A stretch of 64,000 nucleotides of DNA. It comes from Rhodothermales bacterium. Lineage in GTDB: Bacteria; Bacteroidota; Rhodothermia; Rhodothermales; Bin80. Location: NCBI GenBank assembly GCA_022821875.1, contig JAJECV010000142.1, positions 16,869 to 80,868 of the forward strand. Direction: 5' to 3'. Shown here piece by piece: positions 10,209 to 20,391 of the stretch. How positions within the stretch are numbered: position 1 is the first letter of the stretch; every line of letters starts with the position of its first letter. The position numbers and the translations under genes are program-made. Below the pieces are notes generated by a model that was given only the letters and a program-made list of their open reading frames with translations, was not told the origin of the DNA and did not search any database.

Positions 10209-11953
10209 GTCAGAGTAATGCGGAGCGAGCACGCCTGATCATTGGGGAGTTCGTGAATTGTGGTATTGAGCAGTTCATTATTGCTTCGGGGTTTCGCAGT
10301 GCGCCGCTTGCCTTGGCCGCAGCCAGTTATCCATCTGCTCAGATAAAGGTCCATTTTGACGAACGGGGCAGTGCCTTCTTTGCACTGGGATACGGCCGGG
10401 CAGCCCGCAAACCGTGTGTCTGGGTTACCACCTCGGGGACTGCAGTGGCGAACGGCCTTCCTGCCGTGATCGAAGCTGCAATGGATGAAGTGCCCATGAT
10501 TTGTCTCACCGCAGACCGGCCTCCTGAACTTCGTGATACCGGTGCGAACCAGACGATTGACCAGATTCATATTTTTGGCCGTTACCCCAAATGGTTCGCA
10601 GACCTTCCTGCTCCCGGCGAAGAGCAGGATGAGTCCTTTATTCGCACAACCATTGATTATGCGGTGCACCGGTCACAGAACGGCCCCGTCCATCTGAATT
10701 GTATGTTCCGGGAACCGTTACTGGAGAAGAATGACCAAACCCATTCAATCCCGGCAATCCCATGGCCGGATATAGGGGATCCTCAGACTCGCTATCAAAC
10801 CACCGTTAAATCCACCGTTGATTTAGACGATGAGTTATTAGAGAAAATATCCGGTGCTCGACGTGGCTTGATTGTATCTGGGAGATTGCAAACAATGGAC
10901 GAGGCAAAAGCTATCCATGGACTGGCCGATTATTTAGGATGGCCTTTGGTGGCAGATATTTGTGCTCCCGTCCATACTGCAGAGAATTTTATTAATTCCT
11001 CCGACCTGATTGTACGCAGCAAATTATTTGCAGAGAAGTATTCTCCTGATCTAATCCTGCATGCTGGGGGCCCGTTGGTGTCCAGAGAGTTGCAGCATTA
11101 TTTAGCCAACTCCCCCGCAAAAACGTATGTGCTGGTTGCCCCGTCAGACAGCAGAATTGATCCATGCCATGTTGTAACAGATCGCATTCACGCAACCATT
11201 GCAGGTTTTTGTGATGCTCTGCTGATAGATCTACCTTCCAGCACCCGGACGGACACGGAATGGCTGAAGGTGTGGAACCGTATCTATCCGCTGGTCCATC
11301 GCGGGATTTATGACGAGATGACGGAAGACCTCTCGGAGCCAATGCTGGTGTTACTGCTTGGCAATCTCTTGAGGCGTATGAACTGGGGATTCGCGGCCAG
11401 CAGTATGCCGATCCGAGACTTACAGATGTTCTTTTATCGGAGTAAAGATTCTCCACGTTTTTTTGCGAATCGTGGCGCTAGCGGTATTGATGGCACACTT
11501 GCGACGGCGGCGGGAATCGCCCAGGTACAGACGGGTCGCGGAGTGGTTCTGTTAGGAGATTTGGCTATGCTGCATGACCTGAATTCCTTGAGTCTTCTTC
11601 GAGAGTGTGATGTTGTCATCATTGTGATTAACAACAATGGAGGCGGTATCTTTCATATGCTTCCGATTGCGCTGGAGCAGGAAGCGTTTGAAAAAGTACT
11701 GGGGACTCCTCATGACATGGATTTTCGGCGGGTTGCCGAGCAGTTTCGGATTCCCTATTCTCTGGTAAATTCCTGTGACCAATTTCGGGAGATTTGGTGG
11801 TCACTGAAGCCTAAATCAGGCCCATATCTGATTGAAGTACAAACAGATCGCACACAGAATGCCGAATTACATAACAAACTCTATCGTCTCAGCATCGAAA
11901 CCGTTGAGGAAGTGATCCAGAAACTTGAGACGGAGGATCATCCCAGATCGTAA
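10205..11953 (+). CDS. menD: 2-succinyl-5-enolpyruvyl-6-hydroxy-3-cyclohexene-1-carboxylate (SEPHCHC) synthase
   Basis: ThDP-enzyme layout with 'GASGIDG' and 'LLGDLAMLHDLNSL...NNNGGGIF'. There is a 4-nt overlap with menF. Confidence 0.9.
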   Translation: MSQSNAERARLIIGEFVNCGIEQFIIASGFRSAPLALAAASYPSAQIKVHFDERGSAFFALGYGRAARKPCVWVTTSGTAVANGLPAVIEAAMDEVPMICLTADRPPELRDTGANQTIDQIHIFGRYPKWFADLPAPGEEQDESFIRTTIDYAVHRSQNGPVHLNCMFREPLLEKNDQTHSIPAIPWPDIGDPQTRYQTTVKSTVDLDDELLEKISGARRGLIVSGRLQTMDEAKAIHGLADYLGWPLVADICAPVHTAENFINSSDLIVRSKLFAEKYSPDLILHAGGPLVSRELQHYLANSPAKTYVLVAPSDSRIDPCHVVTDRIHATIAGFCDALLIDLPSSTRTDTEWLKVWNRIYPLVHRGIYDEMTEDLSEPMLVLLLGNLLRRMNWGFAASSMPIRDLQMFFYRSKDSPRFFANRGASGIDGTLATAAGIAQVQTGRGVVLLGDLAMLHDLNSLSLLRECDVVIIVINNNGGGIFHMLPIALEQEAFEKVLGTPHDMDFRRVAEQFRIPYSLVNSCDQFREIWWSLKPKSGPYLIEVQTDRTQNAELHNKLYRLSIETVEEVIQKLETEDHPRS

Positions 11954-12020
11954 CCGAAGTTCCTGCATTCCAGTGAATTAAAAATGCCCTTGATCTCCAT
12001 GCACCCCGCGCGTCCCGGTC

Positions 12021-12050
12021 GGGCACTTCCTTCACCAAAAAGGAGTGCCC
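12021..12050 (+). terminator. Hairpin after menD (gggcact(t)cc / ggagtgccc), no clear U-tract
   Basis: Stem of 9 bp with a one-base bulge and an 11-nt loop, read by hand. Weak as an intrinsic terminator. Confidence 0.25.
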
Positions 12051-12075
12051 CGCCTTGCGGGTACCCTGCTAAAAC

Positions 12076-15000
12076 GTGAACAGTTGGAAAGCATCCATGT
12101 CTGATGGCGTAGACAAGCCTCTCCGTATTGCAGTTGCGCATCTGTTTACTACCGGAAGGAACACAAAGAGAGATGCAATCGTGCATCTTGCCTGCAAATG
12201 GCATGAACAAGGCGCAAACCCGCAGGAGAAAGACTGGATTGTAAATCCTGAACGGAAGATAACGCGGCGTGTCTACCGTCATACGGGGATCAGTACAAAA
12301 GAGTCTGCGGGAAAGCCGGTATGGCATGAGGTTCGTGGAGAGGTACGGTCGTTTCTGGATGAGGTGAATGTCCTTTTTGTCTTTGATTCCAACGCAGAAA
12401 GGTGGTTCCGTGATGTAGTCTATGAGGGCATTGCTCCGCCGGATATCGTTGACTTATTGGAGGCGTACAAATTTTTCCTGCCGGAGAAATCGCCTCCATA
12501 TTCAGACCTCGCAATCGTGGATATAGATTCTTCAATTCCCCAACACAGCGGCGCTCGGAAGTTGAACAGAGTGTTGTCTGGAATGTCCAGAATGCTGGAA
12601 GCGGTACTTGAAGTCATCCTGAAGCCTGAAAAGATTCCGAATGGATTTCGCACCCCAAAGTCCCATTATCCAGTCTATAACCTGCTGGACTGGTCGCTTG
12701 CCATTGAAGGAGCATCGCCCGCATTCAAGGCATTACAGAGAGTTGCCGCTCAAGCTGCCAGAATTCGGTGGGAAGCAGATCAGATGGAGGGGGCTTCCTA
12801 TCGTACTCCCGTGAAAATGGACAATGAAGAATTGTTACTGTTCATTGAACATTGGAGACCATCCAATTTAATTCGAGAGGATCGCAAGCCCTATAATGAG
12901 GATTTCATGGCAGGCGAAATACCGGAGCGGTATTCGAGGGATAAGAGCACCAGATCTCTTATTCAAGTACTTGAATTCATCCTGAAGTCTCCGGGAACCG
13001 AACCTCAGGATGCGGGGCGAGTCAAGCATAATTTAGATGCGATAAAATCTCAATGTAAGGAACTGCAGGAGTATATTTTTAGCACTTTGCGACAGGTATA
13101 TTGGATTGCAGAAGTCAAGAAGTCACCGAGTCATTCCGCTCGCTACAATGAAAAATATGAGGACATTTGTTCCGCATATTATGAATTGATCGACTGTTTG
13201 AAAAACTTTGAATCCTTATTCTTGCGGCTTGAATTAAATGAACTGTCACAACTGCCGCCAATCATTGTCAATGATGAGCACCTAGACCTCGTATCTAAAT
13301 GGAGCAAAGCATCTGATCGAATAGGAAAACTGCAACGTTCCCTGTTGAGGACAAGGAAGAAATTCCCGAAACCTGGCAAATCACTTCCAGATCAGGCAGT
13401 TCTCCGTATGGTGAAGCGGGTATTTAAGGATATGGGGACATTAAATCAAGAATACTTCGCATCGGATGATTCTATTCAAGATGGGTACCTTGAACTGGGA
13501 TTTAACATGCTGTATTCTGACAAACGCTTCAAGGAACGGCCAGAACAGAGATGGTATGCCGAGTTTATCAGCAAGGCTATAAATTTTGGCAATCAATATG
13601 TTGCGGAAGCCCGAACAGGGACAGGAAAAACACTTGGATACCTCATTCCTGCATGTGAGCATTCACGTATCAATAAGAGTCGACAGGTGATCGTGGCGAC
13701 GGCTACGATCAACCTGATGGATCAGATTCTAACCAAAGAATGGCGAACCCTGACTTCACCCCGAGGATCTCCGTATCGTGGACTGAAAATTGCAACGCTC
13801 AAGGGGAAGCGGAATTATCTGTGCGTAACGCCGCTAAAGAAACTCTTTAGCGATCTGAATTCAGACAAACATGATGACTCCGATCAGGGAGACGACAGTT
13901 TTTATGGAGATGATAGACTTGCCTGGCTCTACCTGTTCCAGATTCTCACCCGCAAGAATGGTCATTGGGATAGTGCAACTGAGTTTTATAGAAGGTATTC
14001 CCGAATCGCAAAGGAGTATCCCGTGGATGCAGAGACCACATGCAAGCCTAAACTATGCAAGATGGGCAAAGATTGTATTTACCCCCAGGCCGTTCGGCGT
14101 GCTCAATATGCCAATGTAGTAATCACCAATCACCACAAACTGGCGAATCTTGATGATGAAATCAGAAAACGTGCATCTGTCTGTATCATTGATGAGTCCG
14201 ACCAGTTTCCAGACAATTTACGATCAGCCCTGAGCGAAAGCATTACGAGAGAAGATGTATGGGATTTTCTTCGTAGAGTAGCCGGAACAAAAAAACGCCG
14301 TGGCTTTGTACAGTTATTATGGGAGAAACTTAAAGAAGAGGTGGAGCAGGGTAAATTCAAAAAAAAGAACGCAGATGGCTTATTCCGAAGCCTTAGAGAA
14401 ATTGAACAATCGTGTAATCAAATATTTTTTCGGCTCAGGGACGTAACGTTCGTAGGGGAAGATCAGTATGCAAAGCGATGGAAGGACTTGGGCCAAAGAC
14501 AGCAAAATATGCTTCAGGACATGTTAGATGACTTGGGGAGGCATCTGAACATGATTGAGCAGGAGATCAAGAAAATTTTAGACTCTGATCGGTACCGCCA
14601 AACCCAGGATCTATCTCGGAATCTATCGTCGGAAAAAGATCGCTTGCTTCAATACCGTTATGAAGTTATAGGACTCTTGGATTCAATGGAGGCAATCCTG
14701 CCTTCCATCTACAACGAAGACGGGCAGTTTATCGTTACCTATCAGCAATCTCAATTTAACTGGACGCTGGCCAAAATGCCATTCAATATTGGCGATCAGG
14801 CGCGTGATTTGGTAAAAGGCTTTGAGACCACCATCTTTACATCGGCAACTCTCTACGTAGATCAGGTTACGGATTTATTTGTCTTGGAACTGTTTGATGA
14901 TTTCACTTCTGAGTCTCCGTTTACGGCGGAAACGCGGATTTCGACTCCGTTTGAATACTCTAAACAGGTTGGTGGAGCCGTAACATCGTTCATTCCATGC

Positions 15001-15690
15001 TATAAATATGGTGCCTCCAATAGAGAATGGGGGCGGCAAGTAATAGAGACTATCGCCCTGTTGTCTATCGCTCTGGATGGGCGGACACTGGTGCTGTTTA
15101 CAGGCTGGGAGAAAATGCCCTGGATGTATCAACACATCCGGGCTATGCTGAAAAAATACGATATTCCGGTTCTGCTACAAGACAAAACGGGAAGCAGCGA
15201 AACAGTCATTGAGGAGTTTGACGGGTTGGAGGAGAGTGTGCTTTTGGGAACCGGTCGGTTCTGGACGGGGGTCAATTTTCCCGGGCCAACTCTAAGCCAG
15301 CTCATAATTGTACGACTGCCCAATGCTGCCTTAGGAGATCCGCTTGTGAGAGAACGTGAAGAGAGATGGTCACAAGATAAATTCTGGGGTTTCTGGTATT
15401 CTCAAAATACCCGGCGTAAGTTAAACCAGGGGTTTGGGCGTCTTATAAGGAAAAAAGAGGATCGGGGACTTTTTGTGCTTCTGGACAGGCGCATACTTTG
15501 TCACCAGCACATGAAGCGCCATCGAAGCGCTATCCCCGTAGAACTGAACAGCCAATTCAAGTCTCCCGTGGAACTTGCGACTTGGGGAATCAAGAGATTG
15601 GGACTTTCCCCTGAACTGAAAGAACGGGAGATCAATCTGGAGCAGGTTTATCAGGAAATCCAAGATGCATCCGAATCCATTCAAATTTGA
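12076..15690 (+). CDS. DinG/XPD-family (Rad3-like) Fe-S helicase with degenerate N-terminal DnaQ-like domain
   Basis: Walker A 'AEARTGTGKTLGYLIPA', a DEAH-type box 'CIIDESDQF', four Cys in the Fe-S position ('NYLC', 'TTC', 'KLC', 'KDC') and C-terminal 'GTGRFWTGVNFPG' plus 'QGFGRLIRK'. The start may instead be ATG 12097. Confidence 0.8.
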   Translation: MNSWKASMSDGVDKPLRIAVAHLFTTGRNTKRDAIVHLACKWHEQGANPQEKDWIVNPERKITRRVYRHTGISTKESAGKPVWHEVRGEVRSFLDEVNVLFVFDSNAERWFRDVVYEGIAPPDIVDLLEAYKFFLPEKSPPYSDLAIVDIDSSIPQHSGARKLNRVLSGMSRMLEAVLEVILKPEKIPNGFRTPKSHYPVYNLLDWSLAIEGASPAFKALQRVAAQAARIRWEADQMEGASYRTPVKMDNEELLLFIEHWRPSNLIREDRKPYNEDFMAGEIPERYSRDKSTRSLIQVLEFILKSPGTEPQDAGRVKHNLDAIKSQCKELQEYIFSTLRQVYWIAEVKKSPSHSARYNEKYEDICSAYYELIDCLKNFESLFLRLELNELSQLPPIIVNDEHLDLVSKWSKASDRIGKLQRSLLRTRKKFPKPGKSLPDQAVLRMVKRVFKDMGTLNQEYFASDDSIQDGYLELGFNMLYSDKRFKERPEQRWYAEFISKAINFGNQYVAEARTGTGKTLGYLIPACEHSRINKSRQVIVATATINLMDQILTKEWRTLTSPRGSPYRGLKIATLKGKRNYLCVTPLKKLFSDLNSDKHDDSDQGDDSFYGDDRLAWLYLFQILTRKNGHWDSATEFYRRYSRIAKEYPVDAETTCKPKLCKMGKDCIYPQAVRRAQYANVVITNHHKLANLDDEIRKRASVCIIDESDQFPDNLRSALSESITREDVWDFLRRVAGTKKRRGFVQLLWEKLKEEVEQGKFKKKNADGLFRSLREIEQSCNQIFFRLRDVTFVGEDQYAKRWKDLGQRQQNMLQDMLDDLGRHLNMIEQEIKKILDSDRYRQTQDLSRNLSSEKDRLLQYRYEVIGLLDSMEAILPSIYNEDGQFIVTYQQSQFNWTLAKMPFNIGDQARDLVKGFETTIFTSATLYVDQVTDLFVLELFDDFTSESPFTAETRISTPFEYSKQVGGAVTSFIPCYKYGASNREWGRQVIETIALLSIALDGRTLVLFTGWEKMPWMYQHIRAMLKKYDIPVLLQDKTGSSETVIEEFDGLEESVLLGTGRFWTGVNFPGPTLSQLIIVRLPNAALGDPLVREREERWSQDKFWGFWYSQNTRRKLNQGFGRLIRKKEDRGLFVLLDRRILCHQHMKRHRSAIPVELNSQFKSPVELATWGIKRLGLSPELKEREINLEQVYQEIQDASESIQI

Positions 15691-15891
15691 TCTTACATCT
15701 ATGGCGTGTCATGAATCCATGTTCGGCAGGCATTGCAGGGGGGCTGCGTATGCCGAAACCAATCCCATGATCGTCCATGAACTGGAGACAATCAAACGGA
15801 ACCATATACGGCTTTTTGAGCCTTCTGCGTGTCACTGAAACTCAAACAGCATGCATACACTGATTACGAATTAAATCTGACTTACTTGAAT

Positions 15892-16776
15892 ATGTCTGAC
15901 AGAAAACACCACTTTACCTACCGCCCGACCGTTGAGGGGCCCATCAAATGGGAGAGTGGCGGCAAATACACGGATATCCGGTATGAAACAGGAATTCCAG
16001 ATACGGAAACCGCAGGGATCGCAAAAGTGACGATCAATCGTCCTGAAGTGCGTAACGCGTTTCGTCCGCTGACGGTGGCCGAGATGCAGGATGCCTTTGC
16101 AAAGGCGCGTGATGATGCATCCATTGGGGTTATCATTTTGACGGGAGAAGGGCCGGATGCCTTTTGTTCCGGTGGAGATCAGCGCATTCGCGGGGATCAC
16201 GGATACACAGAGGAAGGCTCGGGAACCCAGCGCTTAAATGTCCTCGATCTGCAGAGACAGATCCGAACCTGCCCCAAGCCCGTGATCGCCATGGTGGCGG
16301 GATGGGCGGTCGGCGGCGGACATGTACTGCATGTCATCTGTGATCTAACCATTGCCGCAGATAATGCCAAATTTATGCAGACCGGCCCGAAGGTGGGCTC
16401 GTTTGATGGCGGATATGGAGCAAGTTATCTCGCCCGGCATGTAGGTCAGAAAAAAGCCAGAGAGATCTGGTTCCTGTGCCGCCCCTACAATGCGGCGGAA
16501 GCCCTGGATATGGGACTCGTAAATACGGTCGTAAAACTGGATGATCTGGAACGTACCACGGTTCAGTGGTGCAGAGAAATTCTGATGAACTCCAATATTG
16601 CCATCCGGATGCTGAAGGCTGGATTCAATGCGGATTGCGATGGACAGGCAGGGTTGCAGGAATTGGCAGGGCATGCAACCATGTTGTTTTACATGACTGA
16701 GGAAGGACAGGAGGGGAAAAATGCATATCTGAGTAAACGCCCGCCAAACTTTGACAAGGACGGGTACAAGCCATGA
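15892..16776 (+). CDS. menB: 1,4-dihydroxy-2-naphthoyl-CoA synthase
   Basis: Crotonase-fold motifs 'FCSGGDQ' and '[13 protein letters not shown]', with C-terminal '[17 protein letters not shown]'. I placed the start at ATG 15892 rather than the track's GTG 15829. Confidence 0.9.
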   Translation: MSDRKHHFTYRPTVEGPIKWESGGKYTDIRYETGIPDTETAGIAKVTINRPEVRNAFRPLTVAEMQDAFAKARDDASIGVIILTGEGPDAFCSGGDQRIRGDHGYTEEGSGTQRLNVLDLQRQIRTCPKPVIAMVAGWAVGGGHVLHVICDLTIAADNAKFMQTGPKVGSFDGGYGASYLARHVGQKKAREIWFLCRPYNAAEALDMGLVNTVVKLDDLERTTVQWCREILMNSNIAIRMLKAGFNADCDGQAGLQELAGHATMLFYMTEEGQEGKNAYLSKRPPNFDKDGYKP

Positions 16777-17657
16777 GTGGAAACCGTGTTCATGCATGGG
16801 TTTTAGCGTCCCGCCCGAAAACGCTACCCGTTGCAGTTGCCCCCATCCTGATAGGGTCCGCAATGGCCTGGGATGATGGAGGCTTTCATTTTGGTGCTGC
16901 CTTGATTGCAGTGGCCTGTGCGCTTCTGATCACGATTGGAACGAACCTGTGCAACGACTACGCTGATTTTATCAGCGGTGCAGATACAGAGGATCGAAAA
17001 GGTCCTACACGCGTCACACAGGCCGGTTTAATTGCTCCCGGTCCTGTTAAGGCGGCAACCATTCTGGTATTCTCCCTTGCAACAGCCTTGGGAATGTATC
17101 TGGTTGATCGGGGAGGATGGGGCGTTCTTATTATTGGTCTTGCGTCAATTGTGGCAGGCATCCTTTATACGGCCGGCCCCTGGCCGTACGGCTACAAAGG
17201 CCTCGGAGATGTATTTGTCCTGATTTTCTTTGGCCCGGTGGCCGTTGCAGGAACCTATTATGTCCAGACGCTTGAACTTACTTCAACGGTGATCATTGCC
17301 GGCTTTGCCCCCGGTTTATTATCTGTGGCAATCCTGACCGTCAATAATATCCGTGATATAGAGGAAGACCGGAAAGTAAATAAAAAAACATTGGTGGTTC
17401 GGTTTGGGCGTAAATTCGGCATCGGCCTATGGCTCGGCTGTGTCATGATTGCCGCCTTGCTGCCGCTGGAATTTGTTCGCGCTACGGGTGATCATGTATG
17501 GGCGGGGATGACCGTCTTAATTTTAATTCCGGCCATGAGCATACTGCATAAGCTCGTTACCATTCACGATTCTGCTCTGCTGAATCCACTTCTCGGACAG
17601 ACGGCACTTTTGCTTCTTGTGCATAGTGTAATCTTTGCATTGGGTTGGGGAATATGA
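16773..17657 (+). CDS. menA: 1,4-dihydroxy-2-naphthoate polyprenyltransferase
   Basis: UbiA-family Asp-rich motifs '[11 protein letters not shown]' and '[10 protein letters not shown]', with about eight TM helices. There is a 4-nt overlap with menB. Confidence 0.85.
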   Translation: MSGNRVHAWVLASRPKTLPVAVAPILIGSAMAWDDGGFHFGAALIAVACALLITIGTNLCNDYADFISGADTEDRKGPTRVTQAGLIAPGPVKAATILVFSLATALGMYLVDRGGWGVLIIGLASIVAGILYTAGPWPYGYKGLGDVFVLIFFGPVAVAGTYYVQTLELTSTVIIAGFAPGLLSVAILTVNNIRDIEEDRKVNKKTLVVRFGRKFGIGLWLGCVMIAALLPLEFVRATGDHVWAGMTVLILIPAMSILHKLVTIHDSALLNPLLGQTALLLLVHSVIFALGWGI

Positions 17658-17710
17658 CCTCATCCCATAGACCATTTGAAAATCCAGATGGATAAAGTCG
17701 CGAATTTTTT

Positions 17711-18228
17711 ATGGCAAATCAAATAAACAGAACGCTGGAGAGGCGATTTGCTAACTCGCTCCATTTTTTGCAGACTGCATCTCCTCCACCGGCACGAATT
17801 CTTGACCTGGGGACTCCAAATGAACTCGGCAGACGGATGCAGGCTGCAGGATACGAAGTCACAAATACGGAAGGCGATCTGGAACAGATTACGACTCCTT
17901 TGGGGAAGGAGGCGGATCTGTAACCGCATTTGAAATACTGGAGCATCTGGTTTCGCCTTCCAATGTTTTGCGTTCAATCCAGGCCCCCAGACTGGTTGCG
18001 ACCGTGCCCCTCCGTTTGTGGTTTGCTTCCGCGTATTGCAACCCATTGGACCCATGGGACCGGCATTTTCATGAATTTGAAGACTGGCAGTTTGACTGGC
18101 TCCTGGAGCATGCCGGCTGGAAAATTATCCGTACCGAAAAATGGACAAGTTATGGAGCCTGTAACGGACTTCGCCCGCTTCTTCGCCGATTTACACCTCG
18201 TTACTACGCGGTTGAAGCCATCCGGTGA
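17711..18228 (+). pseudogene. Small class I SAM-dependent methyltransferase split by a 1-nt frameshift near 17920
   Basis: The N-terminal part ('ARILDLG...GYEV...EADL*') stops at 17921-17923. The C-terminal part ('VTAFEILEHLVSP...') continues in the -1 frame from 17920. Restoring one G (ctg gta) gives a continuous protein of about 172 aa. Confidence 0.55.
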
Positions 18229-18264
18229 TCCATTCAGTTACCCCACAAATGGTAATGACGGTGA

Positions 18265-19287
18265 TCAGAGTGCACGCAGAACGGATAAGTTCAGATCAGA
18301 TTTCTTGATCATACGTCTACCCGATAGCAGTTCCGGACGATTCAATGGGAGCGGATCATTGAGTACATCGTGTTCAAATACATTATAGGTATCCAGACCG
18401 TGTGCTTCATCGGGAATGGTTTTCGCTAATTCAACTAGCCCCAGCATTCCGACACCGGATTCATGGGACGAACTGATGATACATCGAATCTGATCAGACT
18501 GCGCCTGACGAATTGTTTCAACGGTTCCGGTGATCCCTCCTGAAAGGGTGGGTTTCAGAACATAAACATCTGCAAGTTGCCGGTATTGTTCTGCTCCAGG
18601 TTCTCGAAGAGTTTCATCTAGGGCCAAGGGAATATGACTGGATCGGGCAAACGCTGCAAGGTCAGCCGGATCCTTCAGCGGTTCTTCAATATAGCCGATG
18701 GACAGGTTACGTGTACGCTCAAGGAATATCTTGGCAACTTTGAGTGTCCATGTCCGGTTTGCGTCAATACGGATCTCCAGATCGGGATGTTCTCGACAAA
18801 CCGAATGTACAAATGCAAGGTCATCGTCCAGTGCCCGCCTTCCAACCTTAATCTTTACAGCTTGGTATCCCTGGAGCGCAATCATGGGCAGGGCATTTTT
18901 GTAACTTTGCTCGTTCAATAATCTGCAACAGGTGACCGGTAACGCTTCAGTTGCTGCCTGATTTCTTACGGCCGCCTTCAGGTTAAATTGAGCAAGTTCA
19001 AATCCAAACTGAACGGAAGGAAAGAGATTGGAGATGTCAAAATCAGTGGACGCTGCCGGGATATCTGGAAGCGATTTTGCGAGGCTGATTGCCTGGGACT
19101 GCACTTCCAGGATTGATTCCCGGCTGAATCCTGGAAGTGGTGCAATATCTCCCCAGCCTTCATCCGTTCCACTCTGAAGGCAAACTAGTATCCCATTCCG
19201 ATATGAATAGAACTGACTGGCCAGTTCAAGGGAACGAGTCAGCGGCAATTGATATCGATAGAGTCTGACCGAATCAATGATTCTCAT
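18265..19287 (-). CDS. menC: o-succinylbenzoate synthase (enolase superfamily)
   Basis: 'VKIKVGR', 'IRIDANRTW', 'YIEEP' and 'ALDET' are metal-ligand and catalytic segments of the MenC/muconate-lactonizing-enzyme (MLE) subgroup. It sits in the men context. Confidence 0.75.
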   Translation of the reverse strand: MRIIDSVRLYRYQLPLTRSLELASQFYSYRNGILVCLQSGTDEGWGDIAPLPGFSRESILEVQSQAISLAKSLPDIPAASTDFDISNLFPSVQFGFELAQFNLKAAVRNQAATEALPVTCCRLLNEQSYKNALPMIALQGYQAVKIKVGRRALDDDLAFVHSVCREHPDLEIRIDANRTWTLKVAKIFLERTRNLSIGYIEEPLKDPADLAAFARSSHIPLALDETLREPGAEQYRQLADVYVLKPTLSGGITGTVETIRQAQSDQIRCIISSSHESGVGMLGLVELAKTIPDEAHGLDTYNVFEHDVLNDPLPLNRPELLSGRRMIKKSDLNLSVLRAL

Positions 19288-19489
19288 TTTGAAAAATTCC
19301 TGGCTTGGGATACATCCATGTCTGATTTCGGTTTCCCTTCGACCAACGATTACTTTATCCGGCGGGGATAGCCGGTGAACCTAGTATATGCTGCCTGGGG
19401 AGATTAGTGTACATCCATGATGGCGGTACAGTTTAATCTGGCTGCAAACGGAACATCGGGCATTTCTGCTTGTATAGACTCGTATTGGG

Positions 19490-19732
19490 GTGTTGCGATT
19501 GTGTAACTTTGATATCTCCAATCATGGTAACGGAGTCAAATTTGGATCTGGAATGAAACCACCAATAGTAAGAGTATCTAACCAACTGTATGATGGATGC
19601 CCAAGTAGTCATCATGCAGTCTTCGGTGTAGCAGTACATCCAGGGGTAAATGGTCACAGCGTGAACGATACAATGGTGGAAGATTTGCTCTGCCACCAAA
19701 TGCGGGAAGATAAGACAAGAACATACCAGTAA
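19490..19732 (+). CDS. Hypothetical small protein (80 aa, GTG start; or 59 aa from ATG 19553)
   Basis: It ends 4 nt before the next ATG (19737). Its composition is more ordinary than that of the overlapping minus-strand ORF 19433-19750, which is very W/C/M/H/Y-rich. Confidence 0.3.
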   Translation: MLRLCNFDISNHGNGVKFGSGMKPPIVRVSNQLYDGCPSSHHAVFGVAVHPGVNGHSVNDTMVEDLLCHQMREDKTRTYQ

Positions 19733-19736
19733 ACGA

Positions 19737-20066
19737 ATGAAACGCATCATTCACTACCATATTGACATTGTTAACTATAAAACGGGAGCTCGTGCTTGGC
19801 TTGTACGTTTGGATGATGCCAGAGATGATGCAGAGGTAGTAGCTGATGTGAGTAGCGTTATACGGGAAATCCATGCAGGTGACCACGATGAGGAGTTAAG
19901 GCGGACTTCGGTGGTTGAAGAGGGACAAAATCTGACCGAATTAGATATCAGGGTAAATGCACTGGATAATTGGGATACGTTGATTGCGTCGGTTCCAATC
20001 AATGACAACGGAATAAGCCCTAGATACAGGTATGAAACTGCAAGCGTTAAGGTGACTGACGAATGA
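19737..20066 (+). CDS. Hypothetical acidic protein (109 aa)
   Basis: Clean ATG ORF with plausible soluble-protein composition (D/E-rich). Second ORF of the same-strand cassette. Confidence 0.5.
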   Translation: MKRIIHYHIDIVNYKTGARAWLVRLDDARDDAEVVADVSSVIREIHAGDHDEELRRTSVVEEGQNLTELDIRVNALDNWDTLIASVPINDNGISPRYRYETASVKVTDE

Positions 20067-20100
20067 TCTTGGAACAACGGAGATTTTGACGGAATCGACT

Positions 20101-20391
20101 ATGTCAGAACATCAAGCGCATCGGACAAGAGAGCGAGTAGGTAAAATCTCGATATCTGCATTAAATGAGCGGAATCCTATCATACGCTTTTTTGATTCAA
20201 TGAGAAATACGCTGCACTGTATGCGAATAGAATGGCAAACGCTGGTAGTGATTTGCCACAAAGCTGACTTATGGATGATACTTTCGGGCTGCGGTGACCG
20301 ATGCACTTTTATACAAGCACACCGGCCGATCAGTGTGAGATGTATCGCAGTCCTTGGTGCTTCATTATCTTCAAACTACTCAAGGCCATGA
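20101..20391 (+). CDS. Hypothetical protein (96 aa; Cys/His-containing), coding status uncertain
   Basis: Its TGA stop (20389-20391) overlaps the ATG (20388-20390) of the next ORF as ATGA. No motif recognised. Confidence 0.25.
   Translation: MSEHQAHRTRERVGKISISALNERNPIIRFFDSMRNTLHCMRIEWQTLVVICHKADLWMILSGCGDRCTFIQAHRPISVRCIAVLGASLSSNYSRP

Noticed and set aside
19433-19750. 105-aa minus-strand ORF in the island
   Set aside because: Its composition is very unusual (many W, C, M, H, Y). Its start would overlap the start of 19737-20066 head-to-head. The plus-strand alternative fits the operon spacing. It is kept only as a caveat.
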